From the IMG/VR virus record IMGVR_UViG_3300020438_000023, positions 1 to 64,000 of that record: a DNA stretch of 64,000 bases. One strand, given 5' to 3'. The position numbers were made by a program, and so were the translations under genes. How positions within the stretch are numbered: the stretch's first letter is position 1; every line of letters begins with the position of its first letter. The notes under the pieces are model-generated. The model saw nothing but the letters and a program-made list of their open reading frames with translations, was not told the DNA's origin and made no database searches. Shown one piece after another: positions 47,504 through 58,300 of the stretch. Source of the stretch: an uncultured virus (IMG/VR IMGVR_UViG_3300020438_000023) (Duplodnaviria > Heunggongvirae > Uroviricota > Caudoviricetes > Kyanoviridae).

Positions 47504-50500
47504 TCAGACTCTAAACACTCTATTTAGTGCGTTTTGGATGATCATAATGTTTGTCTTCAGTAAGAGGTCGGATCTTCTTCCTCTTCTTCCTCTTCTTCTT
47601 CCTCCTCCTCTTCTTGCTGCTCTACCTGGTGGTCTAGGTGGACGTGCTGGAGGTCTTGGTCTTGGTCTAGGTCTAGGTCTCCGTGGATAACCTCCACCTA
47701 ATCTTCTTCTCCTATTTGCTCTTGGCGTTGGTCTTGGTGCAGGTCTTGGACGAGACCTTCTCCGTGGTCTTGGTTTGCGTGGCTGGAATCTCTTTATACT
47801 ACCATTCTTAAGTGGTAATTTATTAACAGGGAATCCTCGTTTCTCAAACTTCTTCTTACCTCTCTTAGTAACTTTTTTAGTTGCTTTCTTGTTTTGTGTT
47901 GCAAGAAGTGTTGCACCATACTTCCAGAGTTGGGGTTTACCCTTGTTGTAATAGCCATAATCCTTATCGCCTGGTTTAATAACATCCCTGACGTTAGACT
48001 TCTTACCCTTTCTCTTGAGTTTCCTTGCCTTCTTGGAGGTATCAATAACCTTCATCACACCTTTACGATTTTGTTTAATCGCAATGGTAGTTGTCTTCTT
48101 TTTACCTCCAGTTGGTCTTGCTGGTTTACCTCTACCTGGGTAATTCTTAGGTGGAAGAGGGTATCCAAACTCCCTGAATGCTCTCTTAGCATCCTTTTTA
48201 CCACCTAGTCTTCTAATTTGGTTAAAGTTAAGGTATCTAGTTTTTCCCTTATTTTTACCCTTTTTAATGGTATATGGAACATACCAAATAGGAAGTGCTT
48301 TTCCTTTCTTATCAAAGACGTATTTAACCTTAGCAGTTTTGACTTTAGGTCTATTCTTCTTGGGTGGTGGCGTCTTGCCTCCTGGTTTACACCTTTTCTT
48401 ACCCCTTCCTTTACGCCGACATGGACGTGGATCCTTCGGCACTTTAGGACCTTTAGGTGGGTCAACGTGTCTCGGTGGCTTCGTCCCTCCTGGTGGAGTG
48501 GGACTGATTGGTGCTGATTCTTCTTCGTCTCCTGGATCGGGAGTTACTGGACGTGCTCGACCACCTCTACACTTCCTAAGTACTCTTCTTCTTCCGACCT
48601 CTGCATTTGGTCTGCGAGTACATCTACGTCCTCTTCTGACTTTCAATCTCCGAAGGTGATATCTTGTCTTAAGACCACCACCGGTACATGTAAATTCATC
48701 CTCAGCCATTGTGGTGAGTTCTGCCTTATCATCAGAGTTAGTTTTGGAGTCAACTAATCTAAATGTTTTTTTACCAGCACTAAATGCATAACCAAATTTT
48801 CTCTTTCTCACACCATCTGCTGCTGGAAGGAAGAATGAACCTGCAACAGTGCCCTGACCGTCTGTGATAAGTCGTTTATTAACAACTCTACAAACGGCTT
48901 TACTCTTACGTCCTTTTAGACGCATCTTACGGTTAATAAATCCCCAATATCTTCCTCTTTGTTTGAGGGACATGATGAAAGTATCAATATTCAGAATCGT
49001 AGAATTGGATGCATAACTTGTAGGCATCGCCGTCTTTGTATATGGGTTCTGACCATATACTTTTAATGGAGTATTAACTGGACCTTCTTTATGATTAATT
49101 GGACAAACTCGTCCAGAGAATCTCATTGCCCAACGCCATCCTCTAACGGATCTAACTCTGATTCTTCTCCTTCTTACTTTAACTGCAATAGATCCTCTTC
49201 TACGGAATCTTCTCCTTCTTGCACTAGTTACACGTTCACCAACCTGGAACGTTCCCTTGATCATCTTAACTTCGATAAGCTTAGGAGTAATGGTTTTCAT
49301 TACTGGAACACCATCAAAGAAAGCGTAAACCCTTGTGTTGGGTTTCATCTTCTTCGCTTTGAATTGAATGTTCCGCATTCTCATCCACTTACGGACGGCT
49401 ACGGATACAAAGCGTCTTCCTTGGCGTACTCTTCTTGCCCAGAATCTACGTCTTATAGTTCTCTTACCCCATCCCTTTCTTCTAGCACCACCTCTCTTAA
49501 TCTTAAACCGATGCTTTCTTCTTCTATTAATTTTTAATCTCTTTTTCCGTCTAAAGACTCCTCCAGCTGCTCTAATTCTTCTTCTTCTCCTTCTCCTCCT
49601 ACGGTTAGCAGTTGTTCCACTATATTCTCCACCACGACGACGCCCTCCCTTAGGAAGATTACCTTTCCAATGATGTCTCCAATCTTTCCAAATAACACCA
49701 CCCCAACCGAAGTTAGGATTCCATCTCATTTTTCTCCATTGCCGTCTAGTGAACCAGAATTTACCTCTTGAATCTTTTACTCTTCTTCCACCCAAGTTCT
49801 GGCGCACCCAAAGGTCAGAATCTGGTTGAAGTTCTAATTCACCTTCATAAAATATATCAGCAAAAGTATTAACTGGAACGTTTTGAGTTGCATATGGTTG
49901 ATGAATCTCAATTTGCTCATCATAATCGAGAGTAATCACTCTACCAGTCATTTTGATATTTTCACCAATAATATTGGTATCAAATTCTGGATCAAGAGTA
50001 ACAGAATCAATAACGTCAGTTCCAATACCTAGTGCGCTGAATGTTCCTAACTCTAAGTCAATTTGAGTAGTATATGGAGCAGCCCTTAATTCACCCTCTT
50101 CAGTATCTACAGAGTTCTTAAGAATTGTTACCTTTAGTTGATTTTCTGCATCAGAGAAATCATCAACAAAGAATCCAGACTTAAACCTATTAAGACCATT
50201 ACCATCAGTCACCTTCATATTAGCAGTACTTTGCTCAAGAAGGTTTAAAGATGTATAGTACTCAAGTTGCTTAATACGATCTTCTAGATCTCCAATATCA
50301 TCCATTGTATAGCGTTTATGGTCCGCTAATTCAATACTGGCGTCTTCTACATCTTCAAGGAATGGTGGATGAATAATTTGAGCAACTTCAATAGAATCAT
50401 CCTTTGCTCCAGGAGGTGCTGGATTTTCTGATGGAGGACCTTCTACATTGTGAAACTGTCCTGCTTCATCTAAGAAAATTTTATCAACTCTAGCTAAGTA

Positions 50501-53500
50501 GATTGAGTAATCAAGTGTGATAGTTTCGTCTGATGCAAGAATAAAATCAGCAGAGTTTCCATCACCATCAAAAGATCTGCCAAAAAATTCAAATGGTGAT
50601 CTAGAATTTTCTGTTACATTATAAAAATCAACTCTTGGTCTAATATCAATAATATCACTATGTCTAAGGTCTCCAGTTTCTGGAATATCCTTATAGTCAA
50701 AATTAGAGTAGGAATCTACCGTTGTGATATCTCCTGTGTCTGCAGCATCATATGTGCAGAACTCGTATATAATTTTTAATTTTCTCTTAGGTTCTTTAGC
50801 ATCTTTATTTCTTACAAGTCTAGCATAATCATATATTGTGTCTTCAAATCCATCTGCTAAATCAAATTTATTTGTAATGTTTAAATCTGATCCAGTTTCT
50901 TTTACAAAACTTGCAGTTACTCCAGACTCTTTAAATGTAATTTTCTCACCAGGTTCATCAAATGCATCATCATTTGCTGGTATGAATCCTATAGTAGTAT
51001 CATTTATTTTTTCAATTACAATACCGATAGCTTCACTAGTTGCTCCTTCAAATCTTTCACCAATAATTAAATCATCGGTAGACTGAGTAGGGCCAGAGAA
51101 GGTGCTAAATTCTAGTCTCTTAACATCTGGTTCTGCAGTATTATCAGATTCAAAAATTCCTAAGACCTCGATAACATCGGGTCTCATCAAAGCAATCTCT
51201 TCATCCTGTACTCTAGTACCATATGGATAATTTCCATATGTCAGTCCATCGTTTAATGTGGTTCCACCAACACCAGATTGACGAACTCTTGATTTATCAA
51301 TAATAAGAGATCCAATTCTATTTCTAATTTTTACTTTAGATGTGTTATTAGATTTGTTGCAAGTTGCTACAAGAACACCAGCAGTATTAGATCCAAGTCC
51401 TTTTATGGTTAATTGTGTAGATGACCCATTGAAGGTCATTTTATCATCAGTCAGTTCTTCAATAGTTCCATCATTTCTTGTTAGGACATATCTTCCTGCT
51501 GTGAAAGGAAGGAAAGTAAAATCAGTTCCTGATTGTATAGCATTTGTTGCACCATCAGTAATATTGATATCAAATGTTTTTCTAACGACAATAGTAGAAT
51601 CTTCAAGATTTACTTTCGCAACAAAATCTTTTGGAAACTCTGTATAAAGAGTATTATCGTCAGAAGTTTCAATTTCTGTTTCAATTTTTTGGAAATCTGT
51701 AGTCTGTACTGCAGAAGTTGGGAGAGCACCAGCACAGATTCCTGTTACTGAAGTAATCGCCTCCAGTCTCATGTTTGTTTTAGCTACAGCAGAAACTTTA
51801 TTATAGGTTACAATTTCTGGGTTTCCAGAATTTGTATATGATACAAGATCACCAACATCAAATACTTTATCTAGATTGAAGTTTGCAACACTTACCGTAG
51901 AAACACCACTAGATGCTCCAGTTATACTTACATTTAAACCTGGTTCTGGAATATCCTCAGAAGCTTCAAGTATAGTATCTGCACTAAAGAAAGTTCCATT
52001 TGCATTTACTGCATGAATAGATCTTACTTTATTAATTCCATATTCTGTTGCATCCTTTACGACTCTTGTATTTTCTTCTACACCATTAAAGATTAACTTT
52101 TCACCTACGTTGAATCTACCTCTTACATCATAAGCGGTAGCAATACCAGAATTATTAACATCAAATCTGAGGTGTCCAGTTGCTCCAGTTGCTTTTCCTT
52201 TAATATGAATAGGAGTTGTTAATTTTACTGGCTCATTCAGTTCAAATTCAACATAGGGTCTAACATCATATAATGTAAGATCCCAAGTGTTTAAGTCTAA
52301 ATTTTCTCTTTCATATGTTCCGTCTTCTAATTCATAATCATAAACTCTAGCAACACCAATTTCTTTACCGGCAGCTGTTGCTTGAGATCCACCAACTCTT
52401 TCATCTCTAAGAGTGATATAAAAACTTGTTTGAATTCCTAAAGTTGGATATCCAAATACTCTGTTTATTGCTAATGTTGGTCCAGAGTTATATGCTAACT
52501 GCTGATCTTCAAACTCTTTAGTTTCTCTTGGTTTATCAAATTCAAGATATGTTGGTGTATTAATTTCAATTTGATACCCATTAACATAGGCTTTAAATGG
52601 GGAAATCTTATAGATTCCCATATCATCTGTAGGTTCTGATCCCTGTAAAGTAAGTTCTCCAGGTTCATATAACCCATCATTACCTTCTTTATCATTTAGA
52701 GCTTCTAAAATCTCTACCTCTGGTTGCTCTACATAGAAGTCTCCAGCAACATCATCAACTCTTTCTGCAATGTATTTTTCATTATCTGTTTGTTGTCTGC
52801 TTCTATTATTGTTGACAATCTGACCGTTTTGAACGACCATTAATTCAACAAAATTCTCTACATCGTCGTCTTCATCAAGGTCAATCTTTACTAGATCAAT
52901 TTCAATTCGTAATCTATCTGCACCTGGTGCTGTAAAGTTAGAAAATCCTTGTGCATTATCAAGAAGAGCATCATCATCTAAATGTGTTGCAATCTCTTCT
53001 GTAATAATTAAACCTACTCTATATGATGGTTTATCATCATACTGATCAAGTAGTAAGGTTTTTTCCTCAGACTCTACAAAGTGTCCTCTAATATAGTAAA
53101 CACCTTCATTAATATGAACTGCAGATCCAACTTCATTTGGACTTTCTTCAACACATCTTGCAAATGGAGCATTCTCTCCAAATACAATTAAGTTTTCTAA
53201 ATTTTCTTGAATTGCTGCATCTGGATCATCAGAATCATATTCATCCGCTAAGTTATTAGTAGTCTGAATTCCATCTTCTGTTAATAGGTTTTCTCCTGGA
53301 ATAAAACCAGTAAACTCAGAAGATCCTGAATCTGAACTTAGATATGTAATATAATAAGTATCAAATCCCCTTTCAGAACTAGATCCCGGTAAATATGAAT
53401 CGACTCTTGCTCTAATTCCCGAACTTTCGCCAACAATAACTTCGTCTAATAAATCCGCAGCATATTCTAAGATTGACTTTCCATTGAAGGAATCATCAAC

Positions 53501-53734
53501 CATAACACATGGATATTTTTCATAATATTGAATTTCTCCACCAGTTATAGCTTTCCCTTCTTTAAAGAAATGATCACTAAATTTCTCTAACTGACCTTGC
53601 AGCATAGACTGCATAGTCGTAAGTTCTCTTGCCTGAACAGGATACCCTGGTTTAAACAGAACGCGATAATAATCATTATCGCGATCAAAATCGTCATAAT
53701 AAGGAGAAACGTTAAGATTTAGTTCCTGGGGCAT
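47504..53734 (-). CDS. VrlC/DUF4815-like structural protein, N-terminal half, with an Arg/Lys-rich C-terminal region
   Basis: MPQELNLNVSPYYDDFD...VLFKPGYPVQARELT, APGADRL, KRYTM.DI..LE.RI..LEYYTSL and RFKSGFFVDDF motifs; follows gp8. Confidence 0.85.
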   Translation of the reverse strand: MPQELNLNVSPYYDDFDRDNDYYRVLFKPGYPVQARELTTMQSMLQGQLEKFSDHFFKEGKAITGGEIQYYEKYPCVMVDDSFNGKSILEYAADLLDEVIVGESSGIRARVDSYLPGSSSERGFDTYYITYLSSDSGSSEFTGFIPGENLLTEDGIQTTNNLADEYDSDDPDAAIQENLENLIVFGENAPFARCVEESPNEVGSAVHINEGVYYIRGHFVESEEKTLLLDQYDDKPSYRVGLIITEEIATHLDDDALLDNAQGFSNFTAPGADRLRIEIDLVKIDLDEDDDVENFVELMVVQNGQIVNNNRSRQQTDNEKYIAERVDDVAGDFYVEQPEVEILEALNDKEGNDGLYEPGELTLQGSEPTDDMGIYKISPFKAYVNGYQIEINTPTYLEFDKPRETKEFEDQQLAYNSGPTLAINRVFGYPTLGIQTSFYITLRDERVGGSQATAAGKEIGVARVYDYELEDGTYERENLDLNTWDLTLYDVRPYVEFELNEPVKLTTPIHIKGKATGATGHLRFDVNNSGIATAYDVRGRFNVGEKLIFNGVEENTRVVKDATEYGINKVRSIHAVNANGTFFSADTILEASEDIPEPGLNVSITGASSGVSTVSVANFNLDKVFDVGDLVSYTNSGNPEIVTYNKVSAVAKTNMRLEAITSVTGICAGALPTSAVQTTDFQKIETEIETSDDNTLYTEFPKDFVAKVNLEDSTIVVRKTFDINITDGATNAIQSGTDFTFLPFTAGRYVLTRNDGTIEELTDDKMTFNGSSTQLTIKGLGSNTAGVLVATCNKSNNTSKVKIRNRIGSLIIDKSRVRQSGVGGTTLNDGLTYGNYPYGTRVQDEEIALMRPDVIEVLGIFESDNTAEPDVKRLEFSTFSGPTQSTDDLIIGERFEGATSEAIGIVIEKINDTTIGFIPANDDAFDEPGEKITFKESGVTASFVKETGSDLNITNKFDLADGFEDTIYDYARLVRNKDAKEPKRKLKIIYEFCTYDAADTGDITTVDSYSNFDYKDIPETGDLRHSDIIDIRPRVDFYNVTENSRSPFEFFGRSFDGDGNSADFILASDETITLDYSIYLARVDKIFLDEAGQFHNVEGPPSENPAPPGAKDDSIEVAQIIHPPFLEDVEDASIELADHKRYTMDDIGDLEDRIKQLEYYTSLNLLEQSTANMKVTDGNGLNRFKSGFFVDDFSDAENQLKVTILKNSVDTEEGELRAAPYTTQIDLELGTFSALGIGTDVIDSVTLDPEFDTNIIGENIKMTGRVITLDYDEQIEIHQPYATQNVPVNTFADIFYEGELELQPDSDLWVRQNLGGRRVKDSRGKFWFTRRQWRKMRWNPNFGWGGVIWKDWRHHWKGNLPKGGRRRGGEYSGTTANRRRRRRRRRIRAAGGVFRRKKRLKINRRRKHRFKIKRGGARRKGWGKRTIRRRFWARRVRQGRRFVSVAVRKWMRMRNIQFKAKKMKPNTRVYAFFDGVPVMKTITPKLIEVKMIKGTFQVGERVTSARRRRFRRRGSIAVKVRRRRIRVRSVRGWRWAMRFSGRVCPINHKEGPVNTPLKVYGQNPYTKTAMPTSYASNSTILNIDTFIMSLKQRGRYWGFINRKMRLKGRKSKAVCRVVNKRLITDGQGTVAGSFFLPAADGVRKRKFGYAFSAGKKTFRLVDSKTNSDDKAELTTMAEDEFTCTGGGLKTRYHLRRLKVRRGRRCTRRPNAEVGRRRVLRKCRGGRARPVTPDPGDEEESAPISPTPPGGTKPPRHVDPPKGPKVPKDPRPCRRKGRGKKRCKPGGKTPPPKKNRPKVKTAKVKYVFDKKGKALPIWYVPYTIKKGKNKGKTRYLNFNQIRRLGGKKDAKRAFREFGYPLPPKNYPGRGKPARPTGGKKKTTTIAIKQNRKGVMKVIDTSKKARKLKRKGKKSNVRDVIKPGDKDYGYYNKGKPQLWKYGATLLATQNKKATKKVTKRGKKKFEKRGFPVNKLPLKNGSIKRFQPRKPRPRRRSRPRPAPRPTPRANRRRRLGGGYPRRPRPRPRPRPPARPPRPPGRAARRGGGRRRGRRGRRSDLLLKTNIMIIQNALNRVFRV
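47573..47720 (-). repeat. low-complexity AGA/GGA triplet runs and AGACC(A/T) hexamer repeats encoding RRRGRRGRR and PRPRPRPRP
   Basis: Directly visible on +: tcttcttcctcttcttcctc... and ggtcttggtcttggtctaggtctaggtct. Confidence 0.85.
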
Positions 53735-53740
53735 GATTTC

Positions 53741-55294
53741 TTAGAATTGCAAAATGACCTTAATATCTTCTTTTTGACTCTTTGATCTAGTGATCGCGGG
53801 TCTATTATCGACATATATGATGTCTCCTGAGTATTTTTTTACTTCTGGAAGAGCAGTTCCGTTTGTAAAATTTTGTCCCAGGTTATATGTAGTATTATTT
53901 ATAGAGGTAGTTATACCGCTATAGTTTGCATCAATTGATAGTTCAACTGATCCTCCGTTAATAGTTAATGTTCCACCATCATCAGTATCAGATGTAAATC
54001 TATGTTGTATATATCCATATTCTGGAACTTTTTGAGATCCATCAGTATTAAATCCAACCTGAGCCTTATCCTGCCAGTATTTTAAAACACCAGTGATTTC
54101 ATCATAAGAAACTACTCTACCAACAGCAGTACTTCCCAAACCGACTTCTTGAGTTACCTCACTATCAAAAACAAAAGATGCCGAACTATATCCAATACCG
54201 GTAAGTTTTAATGCATAGACAGCACTAACTTTATCATCAGTTAATAACTCTGTAGATCCATCTTTTGTTGGATTATGAACAATTCCCACTCTAGCAACTT
54301 GGTTTCCAACAATAAAATCTGGATTATCAGAATCATTTTCAATGCGGGTATACATTAAAATGTTAGTCGATCCCATTTCTTTATAAATGTTAGCGCCATG
54401 TCCATCTGATGGTGGAATAATAACTTCAAATTCAGGAATTGTTGTTCCCGAAATAATAGATGAATTTGAAAGATCGACTCTTCCATGAGTATATCCTTCT
54501 CCACCATCCGACACAGTTACACTGTCAACCTTTGAGTCGTTATTGACGACAATAGTGCATTCCGCATCTTCCCCATCACCACTGATTGGAATATTTGTGT
54601 ATGTTACTCCACCAGTTCCTAGACCAGCACCTCTATTTGTTATTTTTACAATTTTAATCTGACCACTTGTTACTGCATTATCTCTAATTGAATCAAATGT
54701 AGAATCAGTCTCCCAATTTTTTGGAACAGGAATAAAATTTACAGAATCAAATTTTACAATATCAGAGGGTTTGATAGTATACAAATATTTCCATACATAT
54801 CCATCACCACTATCTCCAGGAATCTGTGGCTCTAGATCAGTAAATAAAGGTTCATCAAGAGATGGTCTTCCCTCTATATTTTCTGGATCAGAACCATTTT
54901 GTAGACAAATATAAACTCTAAAGTCGCTATTCATCACATAAAAGTTTGATGAATAAAGACTTGTAGCGTTTGATGGTTTTGCTAAGTTTGTTCTACTAAT
55001 ATTATGGCGATACATATCATAAGTAGTACCAGAATTCCAAGTAATTTTTTTAATTACTTGACGAATATCCACTGAAGATATCTTCTTCAGTGCAATCATA
55101 GTGTCCCAGTAGTCAAACTCTTGCTCAAAAGAATCCTTAGGAGCAGGAGGAGACGTATCCCAGTTAGTAACAACGTCTGTGGGATTTGGAAGTCCTATAA
55201 AAGCATAGAAAGCATTATTTTCCGTATCTTCGGCAAGATCTAGAAAATTTTGCGTATTCAAAATTCTAAGTTGATCAGTTATAATTGCGGACAT
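53741..55294 (-). CDS. gp8: baseplate wedge subunit
   Basis: MSAIITDQLRILN, FYVMNSDFRVYICL.NG, DGYVWKYLYTI and YVDNRPAITRS..QKEDIKVILQF motifs; late motif at 55317. Confidence 0.92.
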   Translation of the reverse strand: MSAIITDQLRILNTQNFLDLAEDTENNAFYAFIGLPNPTDVVTNWDTSPPAPKDSFEQEFDYWDTMIALKKISSVDIRQVIKKITWNSGTTYDMYRHNISRTNLAKPSNATSLYSSNFYVMNSDFRVYICLQNGSDPENIEGRPSLDEPLFTDLEPQIPGDSGDGYVWKYLYTIKPSDIVKFDSVNFIPVPKNWETDSTFDSIRDNAVTSGQIKIVKITNRGAGLGTGGVTYTNIPISGDGEDAECTIVVNNDSKVDSVTVSDGGEGYTHGRVDLSNSSIISGTTIPEFEVIIPPSDGHGANIYKEMGSTNILMYTRIENDSDNPDFIVGNQVARVGIVHNPTKDGSTELLTDDKVSAVYALKLTGIGYSSASFVFDSEVTQEVGLGSTAVGRVVSYDEITGVLKYWQDKAQVGFNTDGSQKVPEYGYIQHRFTSDTDDGGTLTINGGSVELSIDANYSGITTSINNTTYNLGQNFTNGTALPEVKKYSGDIIYVDNRPAITRSKSQKEDIKVILQF

Positions 55295-55319
55295 TTAAAT
55301 ACAGAACTTTTCTAGTTAT

Positions 55320-58300
55320 TTATGAAAGATAATTGGAGGCTTTTAATGGATTCTTTCTTCTCAAAATAGGTGATGTTTCGATACCAATAATTCCATTATC
55401 TCTCTTAATATCATATGCTTCAGGGAATGGTCTAGAAATACTATCTAGTCTACCCCAAGAGAAGTTTGCAAATGTTTGTCTAGAGAGGAATGAAGAAAGT
55501 CCAAGTTGTGAATAATCTTCAACAACAGTAACAACCTGAGTGTTATTTTCAATAATCAGTGTTGCACCATCAGCGACTGTAGTAGAAACTCCTAATCCAA
55601 CAGAATAAGAACCAAGTCTTGTTAAACTTGCAACAAAATCGTCACTGAATATAACGATTGGAGTTCCTGGAACAATGTCATGAACTTGGAATACACTATC
55701 AATAAATTGATTTCCTTCAACCAAGTCAACTCCATCTATTTCAATTGAAGTAACGCCATATCCAACTGTTGTCGCATTTCCGACCGTGGAATCTCGTATA
55801 GTAAAGAAGTCACCTGTTCCAATTCCACTATAATCAATTGTATTTCCAGTACCAACAATTGTTTCATCTTTCAAAGGAGAGTTTTCTGGAATAGCAAACT
55901 CAAAGATGAGACCTTGAGAAGATCCTGCTCCAATTGTTGTTGTTCCGACTCCAATAACTTCACCAAAGTCTCCTGCAAAGTCAACTCTAAATATTGTTTC
56001 TGATTTTGGAGTTGGTGGTGAAATTAAAACTGGTGGTGGATTATTATCATCATATCCAGTTCCACCAACAGAAATATTAATGGTTGCTACTTTACCAGAT
56101 GCGATAATGATATTAGCTTCTGCTTGAGTTCCACTATCATCTTTTGGCGCTCCGATAGATATTGTAGGAATGTTAAAATACCCAGATCCTGCATTGGTAA
56201 GGGATATTTGAGTAACAATTCCAGATGTAACTGAAGCAGTTGCTATAGATTCTTCTGTTTCATCTTGATCGATAATATCAACGGTAGTTGTCCAATTCAG
56301 TTCTGAATTTTCTCTCGCATTATCGAAGAAAGTTCTTGCGCCTTCAATCCAAATTTGTGTACTTGCAGTACCAACATCGTAAATGATATTAGTTAGAGGA
56401 AGAATTGCTGCCTCATAAATATCTCTTGCTTTGCTAACTTCTTCACCATCGATAATGAGATCAGTGGTTGCACGACACCAATTAACTGGTCTCTCAACAA
56501 ATGGATCATTACTGATTCCAACACCACCATAAAGATAAGTATCAACCGAGTCAGTAGAAGTAACTGATTTAACTGATCTATCTTTTTGTTTTAGGCTAAT
56601 ATCCTCACTACCGATTGTGAGGATATCTCCAGGAGAAACAGTCTCAAGAATATCTACAAATTCAACATCAACATCTCCAGTTCCTCTATAGAAGATAATT
56701 TTACAGACATCTCCTAGTTTTGGAGCTTCTGAGAAGCGAAGTGTACTACCTCCTGGGAATAAATATGCCTCTCCAGGAACTTGAAGAATATCATTAATAA
56801 AGACTAGAAGCGTTGCTTGAACATCAATCAAAGATCCTTTAGCAGCTTTAATTGATGTTCTAACTCCATCAAATTTAATAGCAAATCTAGTTGCATCTCC
56901 ATTAAACTGAGGACTGATATCATCAACAACCTGAAGATCTCCAATTGTCCATCCTGTAAATTGATCAGTTTGGGTCTTAGTAATATAGAAGTTGAATTCA
57001 TCAAAGTCTAATGTTGTTGGTAAAGCAAGTGTTGGTTTAGCAGAAGGACTTATCACTGGTGGAGCATATGCTGCACCATCACCAATAATTGTAGTAACAA
57101 TTCCAACTAGATTGGAAATTGAAGTTGCAACATCAGAACAACTATCAAGAGTGTATGAAGATCCATTTTCATAATCAATAGAAGCATCTGTAAATTGGGT
57201 AACAGAGACTGCAATACCCTGATATGAAGTAGGTAGAATTTGATTGTTTATAACGAATGTTGAAATACCAGCAAGATAATCATAAGTTGCAATGGTTTCT
57301 ATTGTTTCTCCAGTTACATAATTTAGAGGTCCATTCCAATACTTATTTCCTGCTGCAACAGAATTAAAGTTTCCTCCAAAGAAGAGATCATTTGCTAACG
57401 CATCAACAATAAATCCAGTATCTCTTTCACACTTAGTTTGATCATAATCTGGATTGGAAAGTAGGGAAGGATATGTAGCAGTTGCATATCCAACAGCTTC
57501 TTTAACAAGGAACTGTCTGTTAAAAGTAAGAAGATTTCCAGCATCAGCGAATCTTCCGTGATACATGTAAGGAATACCATCCGTTCCACCAACAGAAACT
57601 GTTAGTACATTGTTAATTTCATATCCATATCCAACATTTTTTATATCAAAATCAGTTACACTAGATCCTTCACCAACTACAACACTAATCTTTGCAAATC
57701 TTCCTCCAGTATCTCCGATTGAAGTTGTAGAATATGTTGTAGCCAGATTATCGTATGGAAGAGGATCATCAAAATCAACAGTTAGATACTTCGCAACTTT
57801 ACCACCTCTAGCATAAAAGTGACCTAATGTAGAAATACCAGTATTAACTTCAAACTCAGTATCACTATTAACTCTTCTTACACTCACAAACTGCGAAGCA
57901 GGATCTGACTGACTATCAGAATTATTGTTGAGTCTTGGGGCAATAATTATACCCTGAGCAGTTCCACCACTAGTGTAGAAGTTAACGGTGGTAGAAACTC
58001 CAACATTAACAGCAAATTCGGTAGCACTATTAACAGAAATTACTCCTGTACCGTTATATGCAGGATCTGTTGTTCTTGGGTGAGTAAGAATTCCCGCTCC
58101 ACCATCATATGCACAAGTAAATGCAAGTCCAGTTAGAATAACTTCACTGAGTTTGCCGAATGTGCTATAACCATGTCCCACAGAAGTGGTAACAGTCATA
58201 ATTCCAGTTATGTTATCATATTGAGCATTTGTTACGGTAAGTGGTAGAGCATAATCGCAAGTCATTGCGATTCCAGAAAGAACAATATCATTACCCTTAG

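Noticed and set aside
47496..47506. Stop-codon readthrough joining the 2076-aa ORF to the 84-aa chaperone ORF
   Set aside because: The gap is 8 nt, so simple readthrough is out of frame. No clear slippery heptamer is seen, and the downstream ORF has its own late-promoter motif.
47570..49810. Possibility that the Arg-rich region is a frameshift or assembly artefact
   Set aside because: Family core motifs and the terminal SDxxLK motif are in the same frame as the Arg runs, and the frame is open for more than 2 kb. Read-level confirmation is still advisable.
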